64,000 bases of DNA from an uncultured Actinomycetes bacterium (GTDB taxonomy: Bacteria; SZUA-79; Acidulodesulfobacterales; Acidulodesulfobacteraceae), in NCBI GenBank assembly GCA_964631685.1, contig CAZVZU010000002.1:128001-192000 (forward strand), given 5' to 3'. Shown here in pieces: positions 50,382-59,901 of this stretch. Made by a program: the position numbers and the translations under genes. The first letter of the stretch is position 1. Each line of letters begins with the position of its first letter. Below the pieces are notes generated by a model. It saw nothing but the letters and a program-made list of their open reading frames with translations, was not told the DNA's origin and ran no database searches.

Positions 50382-51443
50382 TTAAATCCAACACTGAGGA
50401 TCTTTTGAATTAAAACTGCCATTACAGTAGTAACTTATTGCCTTGCACCCTCCACATCTTTCAAAGTGAGAACACTCTAAGCATTCCTTGGATAAATTAT
50501 TTTTTTTCCTCATTTCCCATAATATTTCAGAAGTGTACCATATCTTAAACAATCCGTCATCTATAATATTTCCAAGGGGTAAATAAAGTCGTCTGCATGG
50601 AAGAAGCGTTCCGTCATGAAGGATACAAATTGAGGACAAACCGACAGGACAGTGCCCGCCGCTATTTTCATCTATTAAATTCCACAACGGTCTTGACGTT
50701 GCCAGCTTCGTCTTTCTATCCAAGAAAACCTCCTTGGATTTAGCATAAACATCACCGTAGACCTTATTCAAAACACTAGGCTGTATAAAAAATTCATTCT
50801 TTTCAGCCTCACTCATGGTCGTCATTCTTTCAATAGTTAGCCTATCGACATTGAGCTTGTAAGCCAAATTCGGCATACTAACTGCTGACTCAATATTTTT
50901 ATTGTTAAGGGTAAACATTATAGAAACTTTCAACCCTGCCGATTTTAACTTCTTAACCGAATTTATTGTCTTTAAAAAAGTTCCTTCACCTCTAATGGCA
51001 TCATGTATTTTAGCATCCGCGCCATCAATTGATATCTGTATTTCAGTTATTTTTTTATATTTCTTGATTTTGGCTATCAGGCCATCGTCTATTAATGTCC
51101 CGTTGGATAAGATAGTAATCTCTTTAAAATTTGGTGAATTTTCAATGAGATCTGCCAGGTAAAATAAAGCAGATGGCTTTAAGAACGGTTCGCCTCCCGT
51201 CAATGAGATTACTCCCTTGGTATTCCATTTAGACATTGCTTCGTCAAGCCTCGAGAAAATCAATCCAAGACGCTCCATATCAGGCTCCTTAAAAACATAA
51301 CCATCCTGATAACAGTGGATGCATCTCAAATTGCAACTTTCAATAAAGTGCCACTGGATATAAAATTCATTTTCTTCTTTACTTGAATATTCGTCCATTT
51401 CCTTAATGATTGAGCCTTGCTGTTTAGCTTGTAAATATGCCAA
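50382..51443 (-). CDS. radical SAM/SPASM domain protein
   Basis: CNLRCIHC (CX3CX2C), TGGEP, ISIDG..HD.IRG; SPASM cysteines CPVG..PC..CLEC..CGGC..DPQC. Confidence 0.93.
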   Translation of the reverse strand: MAYLQAKQQGSIIKEMDEYSSKEENEFYIQWHFIESCNLRCIHCYQDGYVFKEPDMERLGLIFSRLDEAMSKWNTKGVISLTGGEPFLKPSALFYLADLIENSPNFKEITILSNGTLIDDGLIAKIKKYKKITEIQISIDGADAKIHDAIRGEGTFLKTINSVKKLKSAGLKVSIMFTLNNKNIESAVSMPNLAYKLNVDRLTIERMTTMSEAEKNEFFIQPSVLNKVYGDVYAKSKEVFLDRKTKLATSRPLWNLIDENSGGHCPVGLSSICILHDGTLLPCRRLYLPLGNIIDDGLFKIWYTSEILWEMRKKNNLSKECLECSHFERCGGCKAISYYCNGSFNSKDPQCWI

Positions 51444-51457
51444 AACGCACTATTATT

Positions 51458-52033
51458 TCATTCCTCTTGCATCTCTTGTAATTTTATTATTGCATCCGAA
51501 GCCTCTTTTAAATCTGAAACATAGAAATCAGGAATAATATTTTTATCATGTTCGTACATGGTATTTTTTAAATAAAATGACTTTAAGCCGGAATTTTTTG
51601 CCAAAAGAATATCGCTGTCCTTATCGCCAACCATAAATGATCTACTTATATCAATGCCGAATTTTTCCGCACTGTCGGTCACCATTCCCGTATCTGGTTT
51701 TCTACAGGAACAACCGATATTGTAAGGCTTAACCATACCATCTTTATGATGAGGGCAAAAATACAAATCATCTATCGCAATATTGTTATCTTCATAAATC
51801 CCCATCAATCGCTTATGCACTTTTTCTAAATCATTTACTGTAAATAAACCCTTGGCAATCCCCGCCTGATTTGTAACTATTATGAGTAAAAACCCGACTT
51901 TCTTTAAATTTTTTAACGCTGTAACGGTATTAGGCAGTAAAACTATATCATCTGGATTCTTTAAATAACCTACATCTTTGATTAAAACGCCGTCCCTATC
52001 CAAAAACACACATTTATTCATATATTCCGCCAA
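51458..52033 (-). CDS. gmhB: D-glycero-D-manno-heptose 1,7-bisphosphate phosphatase
   Basis: FLDRDGVL, VTNQAG, CPHH...CSCRKP, MVGDK.SD. Confidence 0.93.
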   Translation of the reverse strand: MAEYMNKCVFLDRDGVLIKDVGYLKNPDDIVLLPNTVTALKNLKKVGFLLIIVTNQAGIAKGLFTVNDLEKVHKRLMGIYEDNNIAIDDLYFCPHHKDGMVKPYNIGCSCRKPDTGMVTDSAEKFGIDISRSFMVGDKDSDILLAKNSGLKSFYLKNTMYEHDKNIIPDFYVSDLKEASDAIIKLQEMQEE

Positions 52034-52035
52034 TT

Positions 52036-52950
52036 TTATTTATTGATATCGGGTCTTGTTCTCCACCTATTGTGGATCCAGAACCACTGCTCAGGATACT
52101 CCTTAATTATGCCTTCTATTTCCTCATTGAATATTTTTAATATTTTCATCATATCAGACTTTCTATCTCCCGTATATTGTATATCAAGGGGTTTTCTTAT
52201 TATTAACCTATGTTTTTTAAAATTGCCATTCCTATCGTTAAGACGAACCATGAAAGCCGGAACGACCGGGACCCTCATCTTCGCAGCAATGTTAGCCATA
52301 CCCGACATAGTGCAGGCCTTAACGCCGAAAAAATCTACAAATACACCTATTCGTTTAGAAGCGTTCTCATCGGGCAAAAACCCCACTATCTCCTTTCTAT
52401 TTAATGCCGAAATTATATTTTTAACAGCATTTTCCCTATTATATATCACCTTATCACCCGACTTCACTCTCAGACTATAAAGAATGTTTTCTATATACGG
52501 GTTATCTAATGGTCTTACCAAAAGACTGCCGAGGTAACCTTTCAACGCAAATGTTTTTGCCAGAAGTTCCCAATTGCCAAAGTGGGCGGTTAAAAGAAGT
52601 ATTCCTTGTTTTTTATAAATATCTTCTAGCACACTGAAATTTGACTCCACAAAATCATCTATATTTGCCTCTTCGTACTTGTTTAATCTGAAAATCTCTA
52701 CAAAAACCATACCGAGATTTTTATAGAAATCAATACATATATTAATCAACTCCGTTTCATTTTTATCCGGAAAAGCAATACCGAGATTTTTTATAGTACC
52801 TTTTGCATGTTTCTTATCTGCCCTATAAAATATTATACCCAAAATCCTACCTAATTGTAACGCAAAGTCAATCGGAATAAGATTAATAAAAAGATAAAAA
52901 ACATAAACTATCGCAAACTCAATGTATAATAAAATTCTGTTCTTTTTCAT
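52036..52950 (-). CDS. lpxL: lipid A acyltransferase (LpxL/HtrB family)
   Basis: AHFGNWE, FFG, PEQWFWIH.RW; LPS gene context; start may be 52980. Confidence 0.85.
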   Translation of the reverse strand: MKKNRILLYIEFAIVYVFYLFINLIPIDFALQLGRILGIIFYRADKKHAKGTIKNLGIAFPDKNETELINICIDFYKNLGMVFVEIFRLNKYEEANIDDFVESNFSVLEDIYKKQGILLLTAHFGNWELLAKTFALKGYLGSLLVRPLDNPYIENILYSLRVKSGDKVIYNRENAVKNIISALNRKEIVGFLPDENASKRIGVFVDFFGVKACTMSGMANIAAKMRVPVVPAFMVRLNDRNGNFKKHRLIIRKPLDIQYTGDRKSDMMKILKIFNEEIEGIIKEYPEQWFWIHNRWRTRPDINK

Positions 52951-54252
52951 ATTTTTTGTAGTTATCATAAATAAATTCAAAAAACGATTTATCTAAAATT
53001 ATCTCAAAATCTAAATAATAAATCATTTTTATGATATCTTTATATTCCTCCTGTTCGCCAAATATCCTTAATTTAACATAATCTTTTAGTGTTGTTATAA
53101 TGATGCAGTTACCGTTTTGATTCATGCCTTTTTTGATATCAATAATATCCGCTTCCGAATACCGGTGATGATCCTCAAACTCAAGCTTGCGATCTATTTT
53201 AATGCCACAGGAGATCAGATTGTCATAAAAGTAGCTCGGATTTCCAATTGCACATATTGTTGTCACATACGCTTGCTCTTCGATTAGAACACTGAAACTT
53301 AATGCGTTTTTTCCACCATTTCCGCCTAAAAGATTAATAGGCTTGTAATAGGAATAAAACACCGGGCTAAACCTATTAAATCTCCTAATCTCCTTTTCAA
53401 AATTTTCATCCGTTATTTTTAAAGCACCGTCTCGTTGTTTTATATTTTTGGTTACAACGATGACATTTGCATATCCAAGTGCACTTAACGGTTCCCTTAA
53501 AACTCCCGCCGGTATAACATTTTGATCAAAAATATTGCTTGTTTTGTCGATTAAAACTATATCTAAATTCTTTTTAATATTCAACGCGCTAAATCCATCA
53601 TCTAGGATGGCAATTTTCTTGTGTTTCTCGTATTTTTCGTGGACATCTTCATATAAACAACGTCCTTTTAGATTTGCATCATCTATATCATTGGGTGAGT
53701 TTGCAGGTTTTACATCGTCTATGTTGAAAAATACAGTGGCATTTTCGGCAAGATTAAAGTAAATATTGTCATTTTCAGAACAAATATTTGCGGCCGATAT
53801 CCTATCCCTTGACACTATCACGGGTATCTGTATTTTTTTTGACCTAAATCTTTCAACTAAAAGGACTACTTCATCCGGAAGCTTTTGTTTAGCATCATCA
53901 ATCTCGTACTCCCAATCCGCAATATAAGTTTTTTTTTTAAAAGCCCTTTATATCCCCTGCTTATAATGCACGGCCTCAAATTTAATTCATGTAAGTATTC
54001 GGCTATTGTATATGAAAATGGGGTTTTTCCCGCTCCACCTAAGTTTATGTTTCCTATACTGATCGTAAACATATTAGGATCTTTAGCTTTAAAAATAAAT
54101 GAGTTGCCATACAGTGCCCTTTTTGTCTTCGTGAAAACAATAACTAGGCAGGATATTAAGGATAGAGGGGATTTAACAATAAACTTCAATAAATTAGAGT
54201 TACCCTTATTGTTATTAAGAAAACCAACTATGTATTTGTGGATATTTTTCAT
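52919..54252 (-). pseudogene. lpxK: tetraacyldisaccharide 4'-kinase split by a 1-nt frameshift at an A10 run (slippage, phase variation or sequencing error)
   Basis: N-part has GNINLGGAGKTP and SRGY; C-part has ILDDGF, PAG.LREP, AIGNP..F, DHH.Y, TT.KD.VK; one extra A at 53929-53938 joins them. Confidence 0.88.
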
Positions 54253-54253
54253 A

Positions 54254-55447
54254 TTATTTCCCCAATGAATCTACTGCTTCTTTTATTCTATCTAATCCCT
54301 CTTTGATAACATCCATACTCGCCGCAAAAGATAACCTAATAAAATTGTCGTTTCCGAATTCCACACCCGGTACCACAGTAACAAGATATTTTTCCAAAAG
54401 ATAATCGCAAAATTTAGTGGAAGAATTTAATCCGTTTCCATCCTTATCGAATACCCCCGAAATATCTGCAAATATATAAAATGCTCCATCGGGCTTAATC
54501 GGAACAATACTCTTTATATTTTTGTCAAAAAAATCCAACATATAATCTCTTCGTTTCTGAAATTCTTTTCGCATCATGATAGTGAAATCATAACCTCCCC
54601 TCAATGCCGCTAAAGCGCCGTATTGAGCAAATGTAGTGGGATTAGATGTACTTTGAGACTGAATATTATTCATTGCCGATATTAAATCTTTTGGCGCTGC
54701 CGTGTAACCTATTCTAAATCCTGTCATTGAGTAGGTTTTGGAAACTGCATTGACGGCAATTGTATTTTTCTTGAACGATTTGTCAATCATCAATACATTG
54801 AAAAATCTTTTATCATCAAAGATTATTTTTTCGTAAATGTCATCCGTTACAATATATAAATCATGCTTTTTGGCAAAGTCGGCAATTGCAATAATGTCTT
54901 TCTCATCCATCAAAACCCCTGTTGGATTTGAAGGGCTGTTGATTACCAATCCTCTTGTTTTGTCCGTCAAATTTCTTTTAAAAATCTCAAGATTAAGCTT
55001 AAATTTGTTCTTAGACGTGTCCGCCATAACAGGAATACCGCCAGAAAGTTTTATGATTTCGGTATAAGACACCCAATATGGCGAGGGAATTATTATTTCA
55101 TCCCCCTCATTCAGGAGTGCGGAAAAAATATTATACAATGCATGTTTACCGCCACAAGAAACAATTATCTCGCTATTTTCATATTTGATGTTATAATCCG
55201 ACAACAACTTATCTACTATTGCTGATTTGAGTTCGTCTATTCCGGAAACAGGGGTATATTTCGTGTGACCTTTGTCAAGTGCATCTTTTACAGCATCTTT
55301 TATATAGTCGGGTGTATCGAAATCCGGCTCTCCCGCCCCAAAACTTATAACATCCATACCCTCAGATTTTAGCTTTTTAGCCTTTGCGGTTATAGCAAGA
55401 GTAGCAGATGGTCTTATTGAAGATGCTTTACATGAGAGTCTCATCAT
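54254..55447 (-). CDS. aspC: PLP-dependent aminotransferase class I/II (aspartate aminotransferase-like)
   Basis: GEPDF.TP, NSPSNPTG, DDIYE, SKTYSMTG.RIG. Confidence 0.9.
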   Translation of the reverse strand: MMRLSCKASSIRPSATLAITAKAKKLKSEGMDVISFGAGEPDFDTPDYIKDAVKDALDKGHTKYTPVSGIDELKSAIVDKLLSDYNIKYENSEIIVSCGGKHALYNIFSALLNEGDEIIIPSPYWVSYTEIIKLSGGIPVMADTSKNKFKLNLEIFKRNLTDKTRGLVINSPSNPTGVLMDEKDIIAIADFAKKHDLYIVTDDIYEKIIFDDKRFFNVLMIDKSFKKNTIAVNAVSKTYSMTGFRIGYTAAPKDLISAMNNIQSQSTSNPTTFAQYGALAALRGGYDFTIMMRKEFQKRRDYMLDFFDKNIKSIVPIKPDGAFYIFADISGVFDKDGNGLNSSTKFCDYLLEKYLVTVVPGVEFGNDNFIRLSFAASMDVIKEGLDRIKEAVDSLGK

Positions 55448-55964
55448 TTTCTCCTTTGAAATAAATTTTGACCAGTTCAGAAGCTATTGCGCGGGGAACC
55501 ATACTGGAAATATCACCCCCCAGTCGGGAAATCTCTTTAACTATCGTAGAGCTCAAAAACGAATACTTTTCGGCGGTCATCATAAATATCGTTTCTATGC
55601 AAGGATCAAGGGTTCTATTGGTAATTGCAAGCTGGAGTTCATACTCAAAATCAGAAACCGCCCTCAGCCCTCTTATAATGACCTTTGCGTTGATACTTTC
55701 CACATACTTGACGAGCAATCCCTTTAAGCCCACTACCTCAACCCTATCAACATCAACTTCTTCATCTTCCCTTAAAACCTTGGCTATAAGACCCATCCTT
55801 ACGGATTGCTCGAAAAGATAAGGCTTCTTTTTATTACAAGCCACGGCGATAATTACTTTATCAAATATGCCAAGGCTTCTTTTTAGGACATCCAAATGAC
55901 CATAAGTAATAGGATCAAAAGAACCCGGATAAACTGCCGTTTTATATCTTGATATATTTGTCAT
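55428..55964 (-). CDS. coaD: pantetheine-phosphate adenylyltransferase
   Basis: YPGSFDPITYGHLD, RGLRAVSDFEYE, SS..VKE. Confidence 0.97.
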   Translation of the reverse strand: MTNISRYKTAVYPGSFDPITYGHLDVLKRSLGIFDKVIIAVACNKKKPYLFEQSVRMGLIAKVLREDEEVDVDRVEVVGLKGLLVKYVESINAKVIIRGLRAVSDFEYELQLAITNRTLDPCIETIFMMTAEKYSFLSSTIVKEISRLGGDISSMVPRAIASELVKIYFKGENDETLM

Positions 55965-56101
55965 AAATTTTTACAAAATTAAATTACAGCCGGTCGTTAC
56001 TTTTTACCATAAAATCAATTAAATTGCAATTGACTTTGTTTAACCGGGTTATGGTACAAATGCATGGAATAAAGCTCTATCGCAGGATTAAGTCAAAAAC
56101 A

Positions 56102-56130
56102 TTGCGGCGATAGATATAATGTTCTATAAT
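56102..56130 (+). promoter_or_regulatory. putative sigma-70 promoter of the copper cassette
   Basis: TTGCGG-17 nt-TATAAT; an ATG at 56138 lies 7 nt after the -10 box. Confidence 0.45.
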
Positions 56131-56542
56131 GACAAGTATGAGAAAGTGTCCTCCAAATAAGAAATATGGCTTTTTTTTATTTTTTCTTCTTGCTTTCATG
56201 GCGATTTTTTACCTGACATTTATTACAGATATAAGCTATTCACTCAACATTCCCCTTACGATGACTATAATTCAAACCGGAATGAATAAGCAAACAGTGA
56301 ATGAATTCATCCGTAAAACGACCAGCACTACGTATTTTTATAAACCGGCAAAGACTGGAACATATCGGAATTCATCTTATCTTGTTTGCTTAGAATGCCA
56401 AAACATCCCTGTCTCATACAGGAATAACATTATATCAAATTATAAATTTTTCGAGTATATTCCAGTTATGCAGTCCTTATATGTTAACAATATAATCCGC
56501 AATATTTTTCATCCTCCCCAAACAAATACTTGCATCATTTAA
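56129..56542 (+). CDS. hypothetical membrane-targeted protein with CxxC and C-terminal FHPP; candidate regulatory uORF
   Basis: N-terminal hydrophobic helix, CLEC, IFHPPQ; first ORF of the cop cassette; start 56129 or 56138. Confidence 0.6.
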   Translation: MTSMRKCPPNKKYGFFLFFLLAFMAIFYLTFITDISYSLNIPLTMTIIQTGMNKQTVNEFIRKTTSTTYFYKPAKTGTYRNSSYLVCLECQNIPVSYRNNIISNYKFFEYIPVMQSLYVNNIIRNIFHPPQTNTCII

Positions 56543-56645
56543 GGCGGATCCGTCACTTGTCAACCGCTGCTATATAAATAACATTCTAGATAATTGTACA
56601 AAATCACATTATATTTAAAATAATATACTTATTGGAGGTAACTTT

Positions 56646-56909
56646 ATGAAAAACGAAAAAATAAATGTTTACGGAATGACCTGCGAACACTGCGTTAATA
56701 CGGTAACCAAGGCTATATCTTCACTTAATGGGGTAGATTCCGTTAACGTAAACCTTAAGGGTGAATATGCCGATGTAGCATATGACGACAAATCAACAGG
56801 GATAGATAATATCAAAAAAGCTGTGAAAGAAGCAGGCTACGATACCGAGAAAGCTGGTCATGGACATGGTCACGGCGGGATGAAAGAAGACGGCGGTTGT
56901 TGCTGCTAA
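56646..56909 (+). CDS. copZ: CopZ-like HMA copper chaperone with His/Cys-rich tail
   Basis: GMTCEHC HMA motif, AGY; GGAGG RBS; tail GHGHGHGG..GGCCC. Confidence 0.88.
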   Translation: MKNEKINVYGMTCEHCVNTVTKAISSLNGVDSVNVNLKGEYADVAYDDKSTGIDNIKKAVKEAGYDTEKAGHGHGHGGMKEDGGCCC

Positions 56910-56972
56910 GAAACACCTAATAAAAGAATGTTAATGCCTCAAATATAGCAACATGTGACACTCGATCTATCA

Positions 56973-57009
56973 AATATTCCCGCTCTGTAAATAATAGAGC
57001 GGGAATATT
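56973..57009 (+). terminator. 14-bp stem-loop between copZ and copA (terminator, attenuator or stabiliser)
   Basis: AATATTCCCGCTCT-9 nt-AGAGCGGGAATATT; no clear U-tract. Confidence 0.5.
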
Positions 57010-57072
57010 AATCTTGCACAGATATTTTTTTAGATAATCTTGCAGTATAATAGGGGTATTGGAGGTAACTTT

Positions 57073-59901
57073 ATGAAAAACGAAAAAATAAATGTTTACG
57101 GAATGACCTGCGAACACTGCGTTAATACGGTAACCAAGGCTATATCTTCACTTAATGGGGTAGATTCCGTTAACGTAAACCTTAAGGGTGAATATGCCGA
57201 TGTAGCATATGACGACAAATCAACAGGGATAGATAATATCAAAAAAGCTGTGAAAGAAGCAGGCTACGATACCGAGAAAGCTGGTCATGATGAACTGAAA
57301 AATAATCAGTTCAAAGAACAAAAACGATATAAATTTGCCATAAGCAAAATGGATTGTGCTTCGTGCGCCACAACTATTGTTGATACCATCAAAAGGATGG
57401 ACGGCGTTAAAGATGCAAAATTAAACTTTGTGACCGAAACCTTATATGTAGATTCAGATTTAGATAAACCCTTGCCCGAAGAAATAATTAAGATGGTTAA
57501 ATTTGCCGGATTTGGCGCCGAACTTATTGACGAAACATCACAAAAGGTAACGATAGAGACCCTAACTCAAACTGCCGATGAAGGCAAAAACCTTACCGGC
57601 AATCAAGAAAGACCAACATCGGAGAAAATTAGATTTGACATAGAGGGAATGACTTGCACAAATTGCGCCAGAACAATAGAGAAAAGCATAGGCAAACTTA
57701 AAGGGATCGATAAGGTAACAGTAAATTTTGCAGGAGAAAGTGGATTTGTATCATACGACACATCTGTGACATCTAAGGCCACTATATTTAAAGCAGTGAC
57801 GGAAAGTGGATACAAACCGGTAGACGAAGCGGAAAAATTAAAAAGAGCGGAAAAATCCTTGGATTCGGCTGCGCATGCATCCTTTATGGGTAGGTGGTTT
57901 TATAATGTAGCAAGCTGGAAAAAGGATATTTACTGGCTCATATTCATATTCGTGGTAGCTATACCAGTAGTAATTCTTTCATATGAAGATGTCTTCGGTA
58001 TGCCGTATTGGGATAGAGTTATTACATTATTCATTCTCGCTTCTGCGGTTCAGTTCACTGCCGGACTAAAGTTTTACAAGGGAGCTTACTATTCTCTGAG
58101 AAATTTTTCCGCCAATATGGATGTACTGGTTTCGCTGGGTATTTCAGCAGCATATTTTTATTCTGTGGCGGGTGTGTTCCTATTTTTTAATGGGGAATTT
58201 TATTTCGACACATCGGTCCTGCTTATCCTTTTTATAACTGCAGGAAAAACACTGGAAAAAATATCAAAACAAAGAGCTGCATCTTCCCTGAAGGCTCTCT
58301 TTAAGCTTCAAACTAACGAATCCAACATAGTAGCTGACGATGGAAGCATAGTAAAAGTAGATACGAATAGCGTCAAGGTCGGGGATATTCTTTTGGTAAA
58401 AAAAGGCGACAAAATACCAGTAGACGGGGTTATTGTCGACGGACAAAGCCAGATAGACGAGTCCATGCTAACCGGCGAACCCATACCTGCGGAAAAAAAG
58501 CCGGGGGATGAGGTAAGCGGAGCAACAATAAATAGGGGGCAGGTTATAAAAATGAAGGCTTTAAGGGTAGGCAAAGATACAATGCTTTCCCAAATAGTCA
58601 GACTTGTAGAAGACGCGCAGGCAGACAAGGCACCTATCCAACGCATTGCCGATCGAGTGACTAACTATTTTGTTCCGGTAGTCGTTGCAATATCCCTGAT
58701 ATCCTTCATATCTTGGAGATTTATATTTCATGCAAATTTCTTATTTGCCTTATCCGCTGCTATAGCGGTTTTGGTTATAGCGTGTCCATGCGCCATGGGG
58801 CTTGCTACCCCGATGGCTCTTATGATTGGAAGCTCTATAGGACTTGAAAAGGGAATACTAATAAAAAAGGCGTCCGGCTTGGAAGAAATCGCAAGAATAA
58901 ATGCTATCGTTTTCGATAAAACCGGCACTATCACACACGGAAAACCAGAAGTGAATGATATAATTCCATTAGGTAGCCTTTCGACAGATGAGATTTTAAG
59001 AATGGCGGCTTACGGCGAGAGCTTATCCTCTCACCCTATTGCAACTGCAATAGTAAATAAATATAAAGAATCCTATAAAAAACACGACAAGGGAAAACCT
59101 GGTAGTGATGAAGCCGAACCAAAAGATTACAATGAAATTAGCGGACTGGGTATCAGTATGAATTACGATGGCAAAAAGGTTCTAATAGGCAAGAGAGGAC
59201 TTTTTGAATCCGAAAATATAGATTTGACTAAATTTGACAAACCGGAAGAACAGTACGCGAAGGAGGGGAAGACCGTCATCGGTGTTTCAGTAAATTCCGA
59301 AATAATAGGTATTCTCACATTGGCAGACAAAATTAAGCAAGAAGCGAAAAAAACTATAAAAAAACTGAAATCTATGAAAATTACTCCATATCTTTTAACG
59401 GGAGATAATGCTAATTCTGCTATAAATGTCGCGGCCCAAGTAGGAATAGAGGATAAAAATGTTATTGCAAATGTTTTGCCGCAGGGTAAACTTAACGAAA
59501 TAAAAAAATTAAAAAATATTGGATTAAAGGTCGCTATGGTTGGCGACGGCATAAATGATGCGCCTGCTCTTGCTTATGCGGATGTAGGCATAGCTATAGG
59601 TAGCGGGACTGATGTAGCAAGGGAAACCGGAGACATAATATTGGTTAAAAGCAATATTATGGATGCCTATAAAAGCGTGGCTCTCGGCAAAAAAACCCTC
59701 AGCAAGGTCAAACAGAATCTTTTTTGGGCATTTGTATTTAACGGAATTGGTATTCCATTTGCAGCTGGAGTTTTTTATCATTTTACAGGCTGGCTTTTAC
59801 CACCTGCGGCCGCCGGGGCGGCGATGGCGCTTTCAGATATATTTGTAATCGTTAACTCGGTCATGTTGAGGGGCTATTCACAGAAAATGGATACGCTATA
59901 G
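57073..59901 (+). CDS. copA: heavy-metal (Cu-type) P1B ATPase with three N-terminal HMA domains
   Basis: [42 protein letters not shown]. Confidence 0.93.
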   Translation: MKNEKINVYGMTCEHCVNTVTKAISSLNGVDSVNVNLKGEYADVAYDDKSTGIDNIKKAVKEAGYDTEKAGHDELKNNQFKEQKRYKFAISKMDCASCATTIVDTIKRMDGVKDAKLNFVTETLYVDSDLDKPLPEEIIKMVKFAGFGAELIDETSQKVTIETLTQTADEGKNLTGNQERPTSEKIRFDIEGMTCTNCARTIEKSIGKLKGIDKVTVNFAGESGFVSYDTSVTSKATIFKAVTESGYKPVDEAEKLKRAEKSLDSAAHASFMGRWFYNVASWKKDIYWLIFIFVVAIPVVILSYEDVFGMPYWDRVITLFILASAVQFTAGLKFYKGAYYSLRNFSANMDVLVSLGISAAYFYSVAGVFLFFNGEFYFDTSVLLILFITAGKTLEKISKQRAASSLKALFKLQTNESNIVADDGSIVKVDTNSVKVGDILLVKKGDKIPVDGVIVDGQSQIDESMLTGEPIPAEKKPGDEVSGATINRGQVIKMKALRVGKDTMLSQIVRLVEDAQADKAPIQRIADRVTNYFVPVVVAISLISFISWRFIFHANFLFALSAAIAVLVIACPCAMGLATPMALMIGSSIGLEKGILIKKASGLEEIARINAIVFDKTGTITHGKPEVNDIIPLGSLSTDEILRMAAYGESLSSHPIATAIVNKYKESYKKHDKGKPGSDEAEPKDYNEISGLGISMNYDGKKVLIGKRGLFESENIDLTKFDKPEEQYAKEGKTVIGVSVNSEIIGILTLADKIKQEAKKTIKKLKSMKITPYLLTGDNANSAINVAAQVGIEDKNVIANVLPQGKLNEIKKLKNIGLKVAMVGDGINDAPALAYADVGIAIGSGTDVARETGDIILVKSNIMDAYKSVALGKKTLSKVKQNLFWAFVFNGIGIPFAAGVFYHFTGWLLPPAAAGAAMALSDIFVIVNSVMLRGYSQKMDTL

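Larger units (their letters stand above)
56630..57289 (+). repeat. exact 233-bp direct repeat (56630-56862 and 57057-57289)
   Basis: base-by-base identity from TATTGGAGGTAACTTTATG through GCTGGTCATG; offset 427 nt. Confidence 0.95.

Noticed and set aside
56030..56060. CueR/MerR-type 19-bp-spacer promoter (TTGACT...TAACC-G-GGTTA...TACAAA)
   Set aside because: Poor -10 box, only a 5-bp dyad that does not match the CueR box, and no MerR gene in the window.
57040..57072. Upstream TTG start for copA given by the ORF track
   Set aside because: The ATG at 57073 has a GGAGG RBS and matches the duplicated copZ start exactly.
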